The translations under genes were made by a program, and so were the position numbers. DNA of 64,000 bases from positions 975,845 to 1,039,844 of the forward strand of contig OY970362.1 of the NCBI GenBank assembly GCA_963718625.1, read 5' to 3'. Source of the stretch: an uncultured Solirubrobacterales bacterium (GTDB lineage Bacteria; Actinomycetota; Thermoleophilia; Solirubrobacterales; Solirubrobacteraceae). Shown piece by piece: positions 37,027 to 44,933 of the stretch. The number at the start of each line of letters is the position of its first letter. The first letter of the stretch is position 1. The notes below the pieces were generated by a model. The model searched no databases. It saw only the letters and a list, made by a program, of their open reading frames with translations, and had not been told where the DNA came from.

Positions 37027-37413
37027 TCAGCTCGCTTTGCCTCTCTTCGTCGACCGTTTGGGCGAGCTCGTGGGGCGGGCGGCCTTGCTCGACCGGCCGG
37101 CGTTCACGCGCCGTGCGCTCGTTGCGCGTTTTGGGGCTGAGGTCGCGCGTTTTGGGGCTGGGCGAGCGGTCGCCTTGCCTTTTACCAGAGCCTGCTGGAT
37201 CTGCTGGAGGTCCTTGGCAATCCGCCGACGGCTGCGGTTTAGGTTCCGACGACTCGCTTTGAGCGTCGTGCCGATGTCCTTGAGCAGGGCGCGATTGTTG
37301 CGACTCACCTCGCCCTGTAGATCCTTGAGCGCGGTTTCGGCGGCCTCGATCGAGGCCTGCAAACGGTCAAGCGCTGCGCTGCCGGCCTGCTTCGCACGGC
37401 GGGTCTGGGGCAT
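37027..37413 (-). CDS. hypothetical basic protein: N-terminal coiled-coil-like segment plus Lys/Arg/Ala/Ser/Pro-rich tail with an APKRATS tandem repeat (histone-H1-like composition)
   Basis: The ATG at 37413 is preceded by GGGAGGGAG. The tail reads ...KGKATARPAPKRATSAPKRATSARRVNAGRSSKAARPTSSPKRSTKRGKAS. Confidence 0.6.
   Translation of the reverse strand: MPQTRRAKQAGSAALDRLQASIEAAETALKDLQGEVSRNNRALLKDIGTTLKASRRNLNRSRRRIAKDLQQIQQALVKGKATARPAPKRATSAPKRATSARRVNAGRSSKAARPTSSPKRSTKRGKAS
37124..37160. repeat. 21-bp-period tandem duplication (GCGCGTTTTGGGGCTG, two copies) inside the basic-protein gene
   Basis: The 16-nt core is identical at 37124-37139 and 37145-37160. It encodes the PKRATSA PKRATSA repeat. 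Confidence 0.85.
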
Positions 37414-37729
37414 GTCTTCTCCCTCCCAATCGTTCCTGGCGATGATCAGCCCACGCGTACGCGAATACACGAGCGGCGGTCGTTCTCACCCATCTCACGG
37501 CGTAGGCCTCCTCCAATCGTCTTTGACTCGGACATGAGGGAACCTACGCCGTCGCCCCCCGTAGGTCGCAAGCCGGTCGTATGCGGTGTCGGGCTCGGGG
37601 TAATGGTCGAACTAGTTTACCGGCACGCCGAGCGGGTGCGACGGCCCGGCAGGCCTGCGGATTACTACGGGGACAGCTCGCGCATTGCTACCGATGGCAG
37701 CAAGGGGCCGGCAGGCTAACCTGCCGGCG

Positions 37730-39226
37730 ATGGCCGACCCGCTTACCGCACTGGACGCGACGTTCCTCGAGCTCGAGCAGATGGACGAGGGCGCGACGAT
37801 GCACATCGGGGGTGTGATGGTCTTCGATCCACCGCCAGACGGAACCGTCCCCGCGCTCGAGGCGGTGTGCGCGAACATCGCGTCGCGCCTGACCCTGCTG
37901 CAGCGCTACTCCCAGCGGCTCTCCTCGGAGCGGACAGGAGGGCTGACGTGGCCACGCTGGCATGAGGATCCCCAGTTCGACATCAGCAACCACGTGCGCC
38001 ATGCCGCACTGCCAGCACCAGGCAGCGAGGTCGAGCTGTGCGAATGGGCGGCGGACTTCTTCTCACACCGACTCGATCGCACGCGCCCGCTGTGGGAGAT
38101 GGTGCTGGTCGAGGGGCTCGAGCACGGTCGCTGGGCGCTGGTCATCAAGATGCACCACTGTCTCGTGGACGGGATCGGGTTGGTCGGCGTGGTGCACCTG
38201 CTGCTCGACGCCGAGCCGCCTGCCTGCCCCACCGCTGCCCAGCCGACGGCGGACGGGCCGGGCTCGCCGTGGCGAACGCTCGTCCCGCACCCGCCGGACG
38301 CGGTCGCGGACCTGGCGAGAACGGGTGCGCGCGCGGCGGCCGCCGGCGTACATGCGGCGCTGCATCCTCGCGAGGCACTCGAGAAGTCCCGCTCCTTGGC
38401 CGAGCTGATCGTGCGCGACGAGCTGATCGCCGCCCCCTGCACCAGCCTCAATGCGCCGATCGGGGCGACGCGCCGGTTTGAGATCGTGCGCGCCTCGCTG
38501 CTCGACCTGAAGGCAATCCGGCGCGAGTTCGGAGGCTCAGTCAACGATGTCGTGTTGGCGGCCTGCACCGCCGGTCTGCGCCGCCTGCTGCTTTCGCGTC
38601 GTGAGCCGCCCCCGACGGAGGGTCTGCGCGCGATGGTCCCGATGAACGTCCGCAACGACTCGGAGCAGCTTGCGCTCGGCAACCGTGTCAGCTCGCTGTT
38701 CGTGGAGCTCCCGGTCGCCGAGTCCGACGCATTCGCGCGCTTTCGCAAGGTCGTCGAGCACACGAGCAGGCTGAAGTCATCGGGGGCGGCGCTCGGTGCC
38801 GCAACGATGATCGATCTTGCCGCGCTCGCCCCGCCGCTACTGCACGCGCCGATCGCGCGCTCCCTGTACGCGACGCGCCTGTTCAATGTGACGATCACCA
38901 ACGTACCGGGGCCTCCGTTGCCGCTGTACGCGTTAGGTGCGCCGCTGCGCGAGGTTTACCCGATCGTCCCGCTCGCGGCAAAGCACACCGTTGGCATCGC
39001 GATCGTCTCCTACAACGGGGGCATCGTGCTCGGCCTCAGCGCCGACTGCGACTCCACGCCCGACCTCCACGTCCTCGCCGAGGGAGTAGAGGAAGGCTTC
39101 ACCGAGCTCCGCACGCTGCTCCCGCCCGAAGCGCCGAGGCCGTCTGCGAGGCCCAAGTCCCTAAAGCCCAAGGGCCCGCTCACGGTGGTCGCGACCCCCA
39201 AGCTGATCGCCGGCGCTAGGTCCTGA
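37730..39226 (+). CDS. wax ester synthase / diacylglycerol acyltransferase (WS/DGAT) family
   Basis: MADPLTALDATFLELE N-terminus. Catalytic HHCLVDGIG (HHxxxDG) motif. About 498 aa. Confidence 0.9.
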   Translation: MADPLTALDATFLELEQMDEGATMHIGGVMVFDPPPDGTVPALEAVCANIASRLTLLQRYSQRLSSERTGGLTWPRWHEDPQFDISNHVRHAALPAPGSEVELCEWAADFFSHRLDRTRPLWEMVLVEGLEHGRWALVIKMHHCLVDGIGLVGVVHLLLDAEPPACPTAAQPTADGPGSPWRTLVPHPPDAVADLARTGARAAAAGVHAALHPREALEKSRSLAELIVRDELIAAPCTSLNAPIGATRRFEIVRASLLDLKAIRREFGGSVNDVVLAACTAGLRRLLLSRREPPPTEGLRAMVPMNVRNDSEQLALGNRVSSLFVELPVAESDAFARFRKVVEHTSRLKSSGAALGAATMIDLAALAPPLLHAPIARSLYATRLFNVTITNVPGPPLPLYALGAPLREVYPIVPLAAKHTVGIAIVSYNGGIVLGLSADCDSTPDLHVLAEGVEEGFTELRTLLPPEAPRPSARPKSLKPKGPLTVVATPKLIAGARS

Positions 39227-39658
39227 CCCTGCGGGTGCTCGTTATGCGCCGTTCACCGATAATGGCCACGCGGGGATGCCATGCGGCGCTCGGCGCAGGT
39301 GCCCCGGCGCGAGCACGAGCGGTCAACATCAGACCGCGGCCGAGCACGTGGCGGACGTCGTGTGGCATGAGGATGTCGAGGCGAGGCGTGACAAGCCCGA
39401 GATCAGCGAGGGCAAGTGGTTCCTATCCCGTGTTGGCGCCGAGACTGACGAGGAGCTGACCCCGAGGCCATACGGCAAGGAGGAATGCCGACGCAGCGAT
39501 CGAGCAGGCCGAACGTCTGCTCAGTGCCTCGTGACCAAACGCGCCTTCTACTGGATGGTGGGTAACGCTTCGGGTAACGATGGACTCGACGCAGCCGCTC
39601 AAACCCGATTTAGCTGCACGGGGCAGCCCGCAGTTACCGGCGCTGCACACATCGGGCA

Positions 39659-39713
39659 GGCCTTAGGAGCCGGTGGGCCCTGGGCCCTTGGGGTTCGAGT
39701 CCCTCCGCCCGCA
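39659..39713 (+). repeat. second partial copy of the tRNA-Leu(TAG) 3' half (att-like distal boundary)
   Basis: GGCCTTAGGAGCCGGTGGGCCCTGGGCCCTTGGGGTTCGAGTCCCTCCGCCCGCA. There is no 5' half upstream. The acceptor and T-loop are identical to the intact gene. Confidence 0.8.
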
Positions 39714-39967
39714 TTACAGTCGTGGCAACAAATATTCGTTTGGAAATCGACTCCCAGGCTTAGCGGTCCGGCTAGGATGTTCGCGCGAATATGGTGGATC
39801 GACACGGTCGCTCCTCCGCGGAAATCAGGCGTGTCGGCTGTCGTGATGCTTAGCTAGCGAGCGTCTGATTTAGGGCCCAACACAGCTGGGCCGTCCGTCC
39901 TGAGCGGCGACGGGTGCCCGACTCCGCCAGCCCTGGACTCCTCGCATGCCGCGAGTGCGAGCTGTCG

Positions 39968-40309
39968 CTAGCCGCCCGCCTCGGCTTCCGCGATCCGGCC
40001 CGCCTCGCCGCGCTTTTCGACCACGACATAACCGGGGTAGACCTCGACAGTCGACTCGACGGCCGCTTCCTCATGCCCTGGGAGTAGGACGAACCGGCGC
40101 GGATGGGATCGCACGCGGGCGTACTCCCCAATCGAGAGGTCCAGCACCCCACCGCAATCCACGCGGACGCACTCGCATATGAAGGTGTCGGCCGACTGTC
40201 CGTTGCGCGGACGCTGATACTCGATTCTGTCGTTTATGCGCCGCGCCAGGGCCTCGTTCTGCGCCATACGGCGCTTGCGTCGATCATCCACTCCCGGGAA
40301 CCATTCCAC
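39968..40309 (-). CDS. hypothetical protein (start may be the ATG at 40267)
   Basis: The ORF has normal composition (MAQNEALARRINDRIEYQ...FICECVRVDCGG...). The longest form overlaps the TetR gene end by 26 nt. Confidence 0.5.
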   Translation of the reverse strand: MEWFPGVDDRRKRRMAQNEALARRINDRIEYQRPRNGQSADTFICECVRVDCGGVLDLSIGEYARVRSHPRRFVLLPGHEEAAVESTVEVYPGYVVVEKRGEAGRIAEAEAGG

Positions 40310-40913
40310 TCAGGCGGGGAAAGCGCTCTCGGTACTGATCGATGAGCTGGCGTGCCATCGACTTGCCTCGCCGCGCTGCTTGCGCATCGCCCTCGGCTGC
40401 TACGACGATCGAGCCCTGAATGAGGATGTGCCACGAGCGCGCGAACGACTCGGTGTCGCGCAGGCCGGCTTCCTCGGCTAAGCGGCGTACGATCGCGCGG
40501 AGCTGCTCGAGATGCCAAACGCTGGCGCCGCCCGCAGGATGCCCAGGGCCGAGTTCGAGCAGTACCTTGATAAACGAGCCCGCCTCGAAGTCCTCGCGAT
40601 GAAACCACTCGTCGAGTACATCGAAGATGGCGAGTAGTCGCTCCTCGGGGTTCGAGCCGCGACGCATGGCCCCGGCTTCAATGAGGTCTTTGGTCCAGCG
40701 CTGTTCGCGGAGGTCGAGGAACGCGAGTACGAGCTCGTCCTTTGAGCGGAAGTGCCGGTAGAGCGTCGCGGTCGCGACGCCCGCGCGCTCAGTGACCTCG
40801 TTGACCCCCACTGCTTGGATGCCGCGTCGCGAGAACAGCTCGTACGCGGCATCCAGAATCCGCTCGCGGGCGCTGACCCCCGTCTCGGCCGGCTGGTGGT
40901 GGGTTTCAAGCAT
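40284..40913 (-). CDS. TetR/AcrR-family transcriptional regulator
   Basis: N-terminal HTH ILDAAYELFSRRGIQAVGVNEVTERAGVATATLYRHFRSKDEL. Confidence 0.9.
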   Translation of the reverse strand: MLETHHQPAETGVSARERILDAAYELFSRRGIQAVGVNEVTERAGVATATLYRHFRSKDELVLAFLDLREQRWTKDLIEAGAMRRGSNPEERLLAIFDVLDEWFHREDFEAGSFIKVLLELGPGHPAGGASVWHLEQLRAIVRRLAEEAGLRDTESFARSWHILIQGSIVVAAEGDAQAARRGKSMARQLIDQYRERFPRLSGMVPGSG

Positions 40914-40931
40914 GCCTTAGCAGGGTATCAC

Positions 40932-40974
40932 TAGAAAGAACGTTCTCTCTATGATAGAAAGAGCGTTCTCTCTA
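40932..40974. promoter_or_regulatory. two tandem 20-bp imperfect palindromes (TAGAAAGAACGTTCTCTCTA at 40932-40951; TAGAAAGAGCGTTCTCTCTA at 40955-40974); likely TetR operators
   Basis: AT-rich, centred on GAACGTTC. They sit 19-61 nt upstream of the tetR start and 50-92 nt upstream of the divergent small ORF at 41024. Confidence 0.6.
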
Positions 40975-41023
40975 GTCGCTTGAAGGGCTTTTTGAGGAGC
41001 ATTCGACGGAAAGGAGGGGTCCC

Positions 41024-41179
41024 ATGGGGCTCTTGGAGTTGCTTTTGATTGTCCTAGTAATCGCAGCTGTCGCGGGCGGGATCGGTCTAAGCCCGTTGCT
41101 TTGGCTGTTGCTGGTGGTAGCCCTCGTGGTCTTCCTCACGGGCGGCGGATTCGGTTATCGCAGAGGCGGGAGGATCTAG
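41024..41179 (+). CDS. small (51-aa) two-TM membrane protein
   Basis: AAGGAGGGG RBS 5 nt before the ATG. MGLLELLLIVLVIAAVAGGIGLSPLLWLLLVVALVVFLTGGGFGYRRGGRI. Below the ORF-track size cutoff. Confidence 0.55.
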   Translation: MGLLELLLIVLVIAAVAGGIGLSPLLWLLLVVALVVFLTGGGFGYRRGGRI

Positions 41180-41181
41180 GT

Positions 41182-41388
41182 ATGCCTATCGGCACATCGA
41201 TCTTCCTCATCGCCGTCGGCGCGATCATCCGCTACGGCCTGACGTTTCACGTGTCGGGTGTATCGCGCCCAACGATCGGCCTGATCCTCATCATCGCCGG
41301 CATCGTCGGTGTGGTGCTGTCGCTGTTCTATATGGCCACTGCTCGACGGCGAGTAGTCGGCGGACCTTACGAAGAACGGCGCCTCTAG
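41182..41388 (+). CDS. small (68-aa) two-TM membrane protein (DUF6458-like)
   Basis: The ATG lies 2 nt after the previous stop. MPIGTSIFLIAVGAIIRYGLTFHVSG...IGLILIIAGIVGVVLSLFYM. Confidence 0.6.
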   Translation: MPIGTSIFLIAVGAIIRYGLTFHVSGVSRPTIGLILIIAGIVGVVLSLFYMATARRRVVGGPYEERRL

Positions 41389-41613
41389 TGTCCGAGTGAC
41401 CCTGCGAGCAAGCGCCGCAAGGGATCGAGCCCGTCAGCCGCCTACGCCGCCCGCCCTGCTGGACGGGCGGCGGGCTCGGCTTGAGACGCCGGGACGCGGC
41501 GGCTTTTAGCTCCAGCGGCACGAGGACCCACCGCGCGCCTTCTCGGCTAGACGTCTTCCGTCGGCCACACGGGCGCCCGAAACCCAAACAAAGCTAGCTA
41601 CAGGAGGAAAACC

Positions 41614-42024
41614 GTGAGCACCGGAACGATCATCGGAATTGCTGTCGGCGCCGTGGTGGTGCTACTGCTCATTGCCCTCGTCGCTCGCGCCGCGAGTCGC
41701 AGGCGTGACGAACGTCGTCGTGAGCAGGCGGGCGAGCTTCGCCAGGAGGCCAGAAGCCGTTCGATCCAAGCCGAAACTGCGCGTGCCTCGGCTGATGAGC
41801 AGGCCGCCCAAGCCAAGCGTGCGCAGGCTGAAGCTGAGGAACGCGCCGCCCAGGCGCGGCAGGGACATGCCGCCGCGGAGCGACAGGCGCTCGAGGCTGA
41901 GCATTTGACCCAGTCTGCCCGCGATCAGCACGCGCAGGCACGAGCGATCGACCCAGATGCGAGCGACACCGGACAAGACGAGGCACTGGCGATCAATGAG
42001 CGGTCCGGCCGCGAGGGTCGCTGA
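41614..42024 (+). CDS. membrane-anchored coiled-coil protein (hypothetical)
   Basis: AGGAGGAAAACC then GTG. An N-terminal TM (IIGIAVGAVVVLLLIALVA) is followed by an R/E/A/Q-rich helix. Confidence 0.6.
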   Translation: MSTGTIIGIAVGAVVVLLLIALVARAASRRRDERRREQAGELRQEARSRSIQAETARASADEQAAQAKRAQAEAEERAAQARQGHAAAERQALEAEHLTQSARDQHAQARAIDPDASDTGQDEALAINERSGREGR

Positions 42025-42211
42025 GCTCATGAGCCGCGCCAGAGCCGGCGACCTACCACAGCCTGAGCGTGCGCCCAGCGCACCCCGTCGCACACTGTCC
42101 AAAGAAGGCTGGAGACCGGCCCTCGCGTCTGACCTCCCCGACCTCCAGGTAGTTCGACTTCCGGTCGTCGCGATGGCCGGCGCATGCGGTCGCGTCTCAA
42201 GGGACGTACCG

Positions 42212-42730
42212 ATGCTCGGTATGCCGGACTCGCAGCGGGCGCAGGGCGACACGCGCCGCGAGACGCCGCTCGAGCGCCTCGACCGCAACCTCGAGGAGCT
42301 CACCGGCGAGCTGCGCGTCGTTGTGACCGGGGTGCAGGTTCTCTTTGCGTTCCTACTGATCGTGCCATTCAACACCGGCTTCGCCCACGTCGGGGACTTC
42401 GAGCGCACGGTGTACTTCGTCACGCTCATGCTGACCGCACTGGCGGCCGTCTGCACGATCGCGCCCTCGGCCGAGCACCGCGTCCTATTCCGCCACGACG
42501 ACAAGCACCACATCGTGCTCAGGTCGAACCGCGTCGTGATCGCGGGCCTCGCGTTTCTCGCGATGGCGATGTGCGGCTGTCTACTGCTCGTCACGACAAC
42601 GCTGTTCGGCGTGACGGCAGGTGTGATCACTGCGAGCGTCGGCGCGATCCTGTTCGCGGGGCTGTGGTTCATCATGCCGATCGCTCGCCTGCGCAAGCTC
42701 GAAACCGAACAACGCGACCCTCACCGCTGA
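42212..42730 (+). CDS. DUF6328-like membrane protein
   Basis: ETPLERLDRNLEELTGELRVVVTGVQVLFAFLLIVPFNTGF...SAEHRVLFRHDDK.... Start taken at an internal ATG of ORF 41957-42730. Confidence 0.6.
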   Translation: MLGMPDSQRAQGDTRRETPLERLDRNLEELTGELRVVVTGVQVLFAFLLIVPFNTGFAHVGDFERTVYFVTLMLTALAAVCTIAPSAEHRVLFRHDDKHHIVLRSNRVVIAGLAFLAMAMCGCLLLVTTTLFGVTAGVITASVGAILFAGLWFIMPIARLRKLETEQRDPHR

Positions 42731-43086
42731 GCGCGGCTAAACCGGCGGCGCAGCGGCCCGCAGCTGCTCGCCTAGCGTGACGGGAGGAATCGCCGTCTCG
42801 GTGATCCGCTCGATCACCTCAGGGTCCTCGATCCGCGCCCGTTCGGGTCTCGAACCCCCGGCAGCGTCCGCGCTGCGAGATTCCCGCCGCGCCGCCGTTA
42901 CTTCGCCACCGCCGCGCTATCGCTGGCCCCGCAGGCGCCTCGCCGTCGATCTCCAATCATCCTGCCGATATCCGTGTCGCCGGGCCTCGAAGCAGATTTC
43001 CAGTTGTCGCAGGCGGGTATCGGTCGGGCATACCTGAGACGGCAGGAGCCAGTGATGGCCAAAATCACGGCCGAGCTCGGCTCGCG

Positions 43087-44892
43087 TCAAGCTCCGCTCA
43101 CAGCCGCTGCGGGGCGACTCGATGAAGCAGGTTCTGATGCCGAGGCCATGCTCGCGGGAGGGGCCGGGCCGAGGCTGCCGAGCAGCGCCAGCAGCGCGAG
43201 CCCGGCGAACCACGGGATGTACAGGTAGAACCAGTGTTCGAGCCCGAGCTGCGCGGCGATGATCACCGCCGCACACGCTGCCGCGAGCGCGACGAGGTCC
43301 CGCTGGCAGGGGATCAGCGCGAGAACGAGCGCCAGCACGACGGCTGCGATCCTGACCACCAGCAGCAGCCCGCCGAGGCCGCCGTACAGGCCCCACACCG
43401 AGAAGGGCGAGCCGCGGCCCGACTGAAAGGCGACCGTGCGCTCATAGATCGTGTGCAGCGAGTCGTGGGTCAAGGCAGGGATGCAGGCCACCGCACCGGC
43501 GAGCGCGAACCCGGCGAGGAACAGGGCCAGCTGGCGGATGCGCAAACGCCGCCACGGCGCGATGGCATGCTCGCGCCCGGTGCCGCGGGAGCCTTCGCCG
43601 TCGGCGTCGCGCCATGCCCCGTGGGTGGCCAGCAGCGGGACGAGCGCCAGCGGCACGAACTTCGTCAGGCCCGCGAGCGCGGCGAAGGCGCCGCGCGCCG
43701 GCGCCGAGCGCGACGCCGCTACCGCCGCGAGCACGAGCACCGCGACGAGCGTGTCGTCGGTGTTGTTATCGAGCGCGTATAGCGTGAACGGGTAGGCGAC
43801 CCACGCGTACGCGAGGGCGACCCCCAGCGTGGGCCCGCGCACGCGGCGACCGAGCAGGAACAGCAGCGCGACCGCAAGCAGGTCGAATACGACCGCGGCG
43901 GCATGGGCGGCGGGCAGGCTGTCCCAGGTGCCGCTCCAGCCGAACACTTGCACGAAGGGCACGTACGCCTCGTACTTGACCGGACCGTAGGTGTCGTAGT
44001 GGTCGTTGTCCGGCTGATAGGAGCCGTACAGCGGCTGTCCCTGCACGATCCGCTGCGCGCCGATCACACCGGCGTAGCCGACGTCGAGCACTTGGGGGTC
44101 GACGACGTTCAAGAAGATGCGAAAGCCGAGCAGGAGCACGACCCCGACCGCCAGCCACGATGACGGCACGTTCAGCCGCAGGGGCCGCGTCGAGCGCCGA
44201 GCTCCCGCGCGGCTCAGCGCGAGCATCCGCGCGAGCAGGTAGAGCAGCGGCGGATACGCGAGCGGGACCGAGGCGTATATGTGCGCGTTGTTGAAGAACG
44301 CGAGCGAGATCGAGAACGACAGCAGCACCAGCAGGTCGAGGTTGAGCAGCGAGAGGGGCCGGCGGAAATCGATGAACGGGAATATGAACAGCACGCACAG
44401 GGGCAGCCATATATACAGCGCGTTCACATGCCGCCCGGTCGCCCAGTAGTGGTCGCCGCGCGCCATCACCCACGTCACCTGAAAGCCCGTCCACTGTTCC
44501 AGCACGCGCCACGTTTCATCATCGACGATGACCTGGGCGATTTCCTTTCCCGCGGGCGAGAAGTAGCTCACCTTCCACTGGGATGTCGGCTGGAAAATCG
44601 CGACTCCGTAGGAGCCCTCGTATTTCGCCCGTACAGCCCTCACCTTGGGCAGCGCGCCAGCGATCGCCAGCATCTGGCTTTCCGACGACTTCGCGCCCGC
44701 CGGCGGGGCGTTGGACGCCGGCGACGACGGCGGGGCGCTGGACGCCGGGACCGTGACTGAGCCGCCGCCGGTGGTGGGCTGGCCCGAGGAGGCGGGCACC
44801 GCGGCGCTGGCCGGCCTCCTCGGCTCGGCACTCGCGGCTGCCGGCAGCGCGCACACCGCGACACAGACGATTACGACACGACAGCAGTGCAT
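43087..44892 (-). CDS. polytopic membrane protein with secreted N-terminal Pro/Ser-rich linker and PepSY-like segment; GT-C/DUF2029-like glycosyltransferase candidate
   Basis: 601 aa. Signal-like start, at least 10 hydrophobic segments and loop motifs (...DVGYAGVIGAQR..., ...YGPVKYEAY...). The family call is by resemblance only. Confidence 0.45.
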   Translation of the reverse strand: MHCCRVVIVCVAVCALPAAASAEPRRPASAAVPASSGQPTTGGGSVTVPASSAPPSSPASNAPPAGAKSSESQMLAIAGALPKVRAVRAKYEGSYGVAIFQPTSQWKVSYFSPAGKEIAQVIVDDETWRVLEQWTGFQVTWVMARGDHYWATGRHVNALYIWLPLCVLFIFPFIDFRRPLSLLNLDLLVLLSFSISLAFFNNAHIYASVPLAYPPLLYLLARMLALSRAGARRSTRPLRLNVPSSWLAVGVVLLLGFRIFLNVVDPQVLDVGYAGVIGAQRIVQGQPLYGSYQPDNDHYDTYGPVKYEAYVPFVQVFGWSGTWDSLPAAHAAAVVFDLLAVALLFLLGRRVRGPTLGVALAYAWVAYPFTLYALDNNTDDTLVAVLVLAAVAASRSAPARGAFAALAGLTKFVPLALVPLLATHGAWRDADGEGSRGTGREHAIAPWRRLRIRQLALFLAGFALAGAVACIPALTHDSLHTIYERTVAFQSGRGSPFSVWGLYGGLGGLLLVVRIAAVVLALVLALIPCQRDLVALAAACAAVIIAAQLGLEHWFYLYIPWFAGLALLALLGSLGPAPPASMASASEPASSSRPAAAVSGA

Positions 44893-44933
44893 CGGGCCCA
44901 GGCTACATCAGGCCCAGAGTGAAGCGACCGCCC

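Noticed and set aside
31902-39658. Search for an integrase, excisionase or intact transposase in the two tRNA-linked islands.
   Set aside because: No frame shows tyrosine- or serine-recombinase motifs or a DDE catalytic domain. Only the 19-aa transposase-like tail at 36509-36568 was seen, so the islands are described as decayed rather than as an active mobile element.
39276-39857. 193-aa plus-strand ORF downstream of the WS/DGAT gene.
   Set aside because: It reads straight through the tRNA-Leu 3'-half remnant. It has no RBS and no motifs, and its composition changes along its length. I treat the region as non-coding island boundary.
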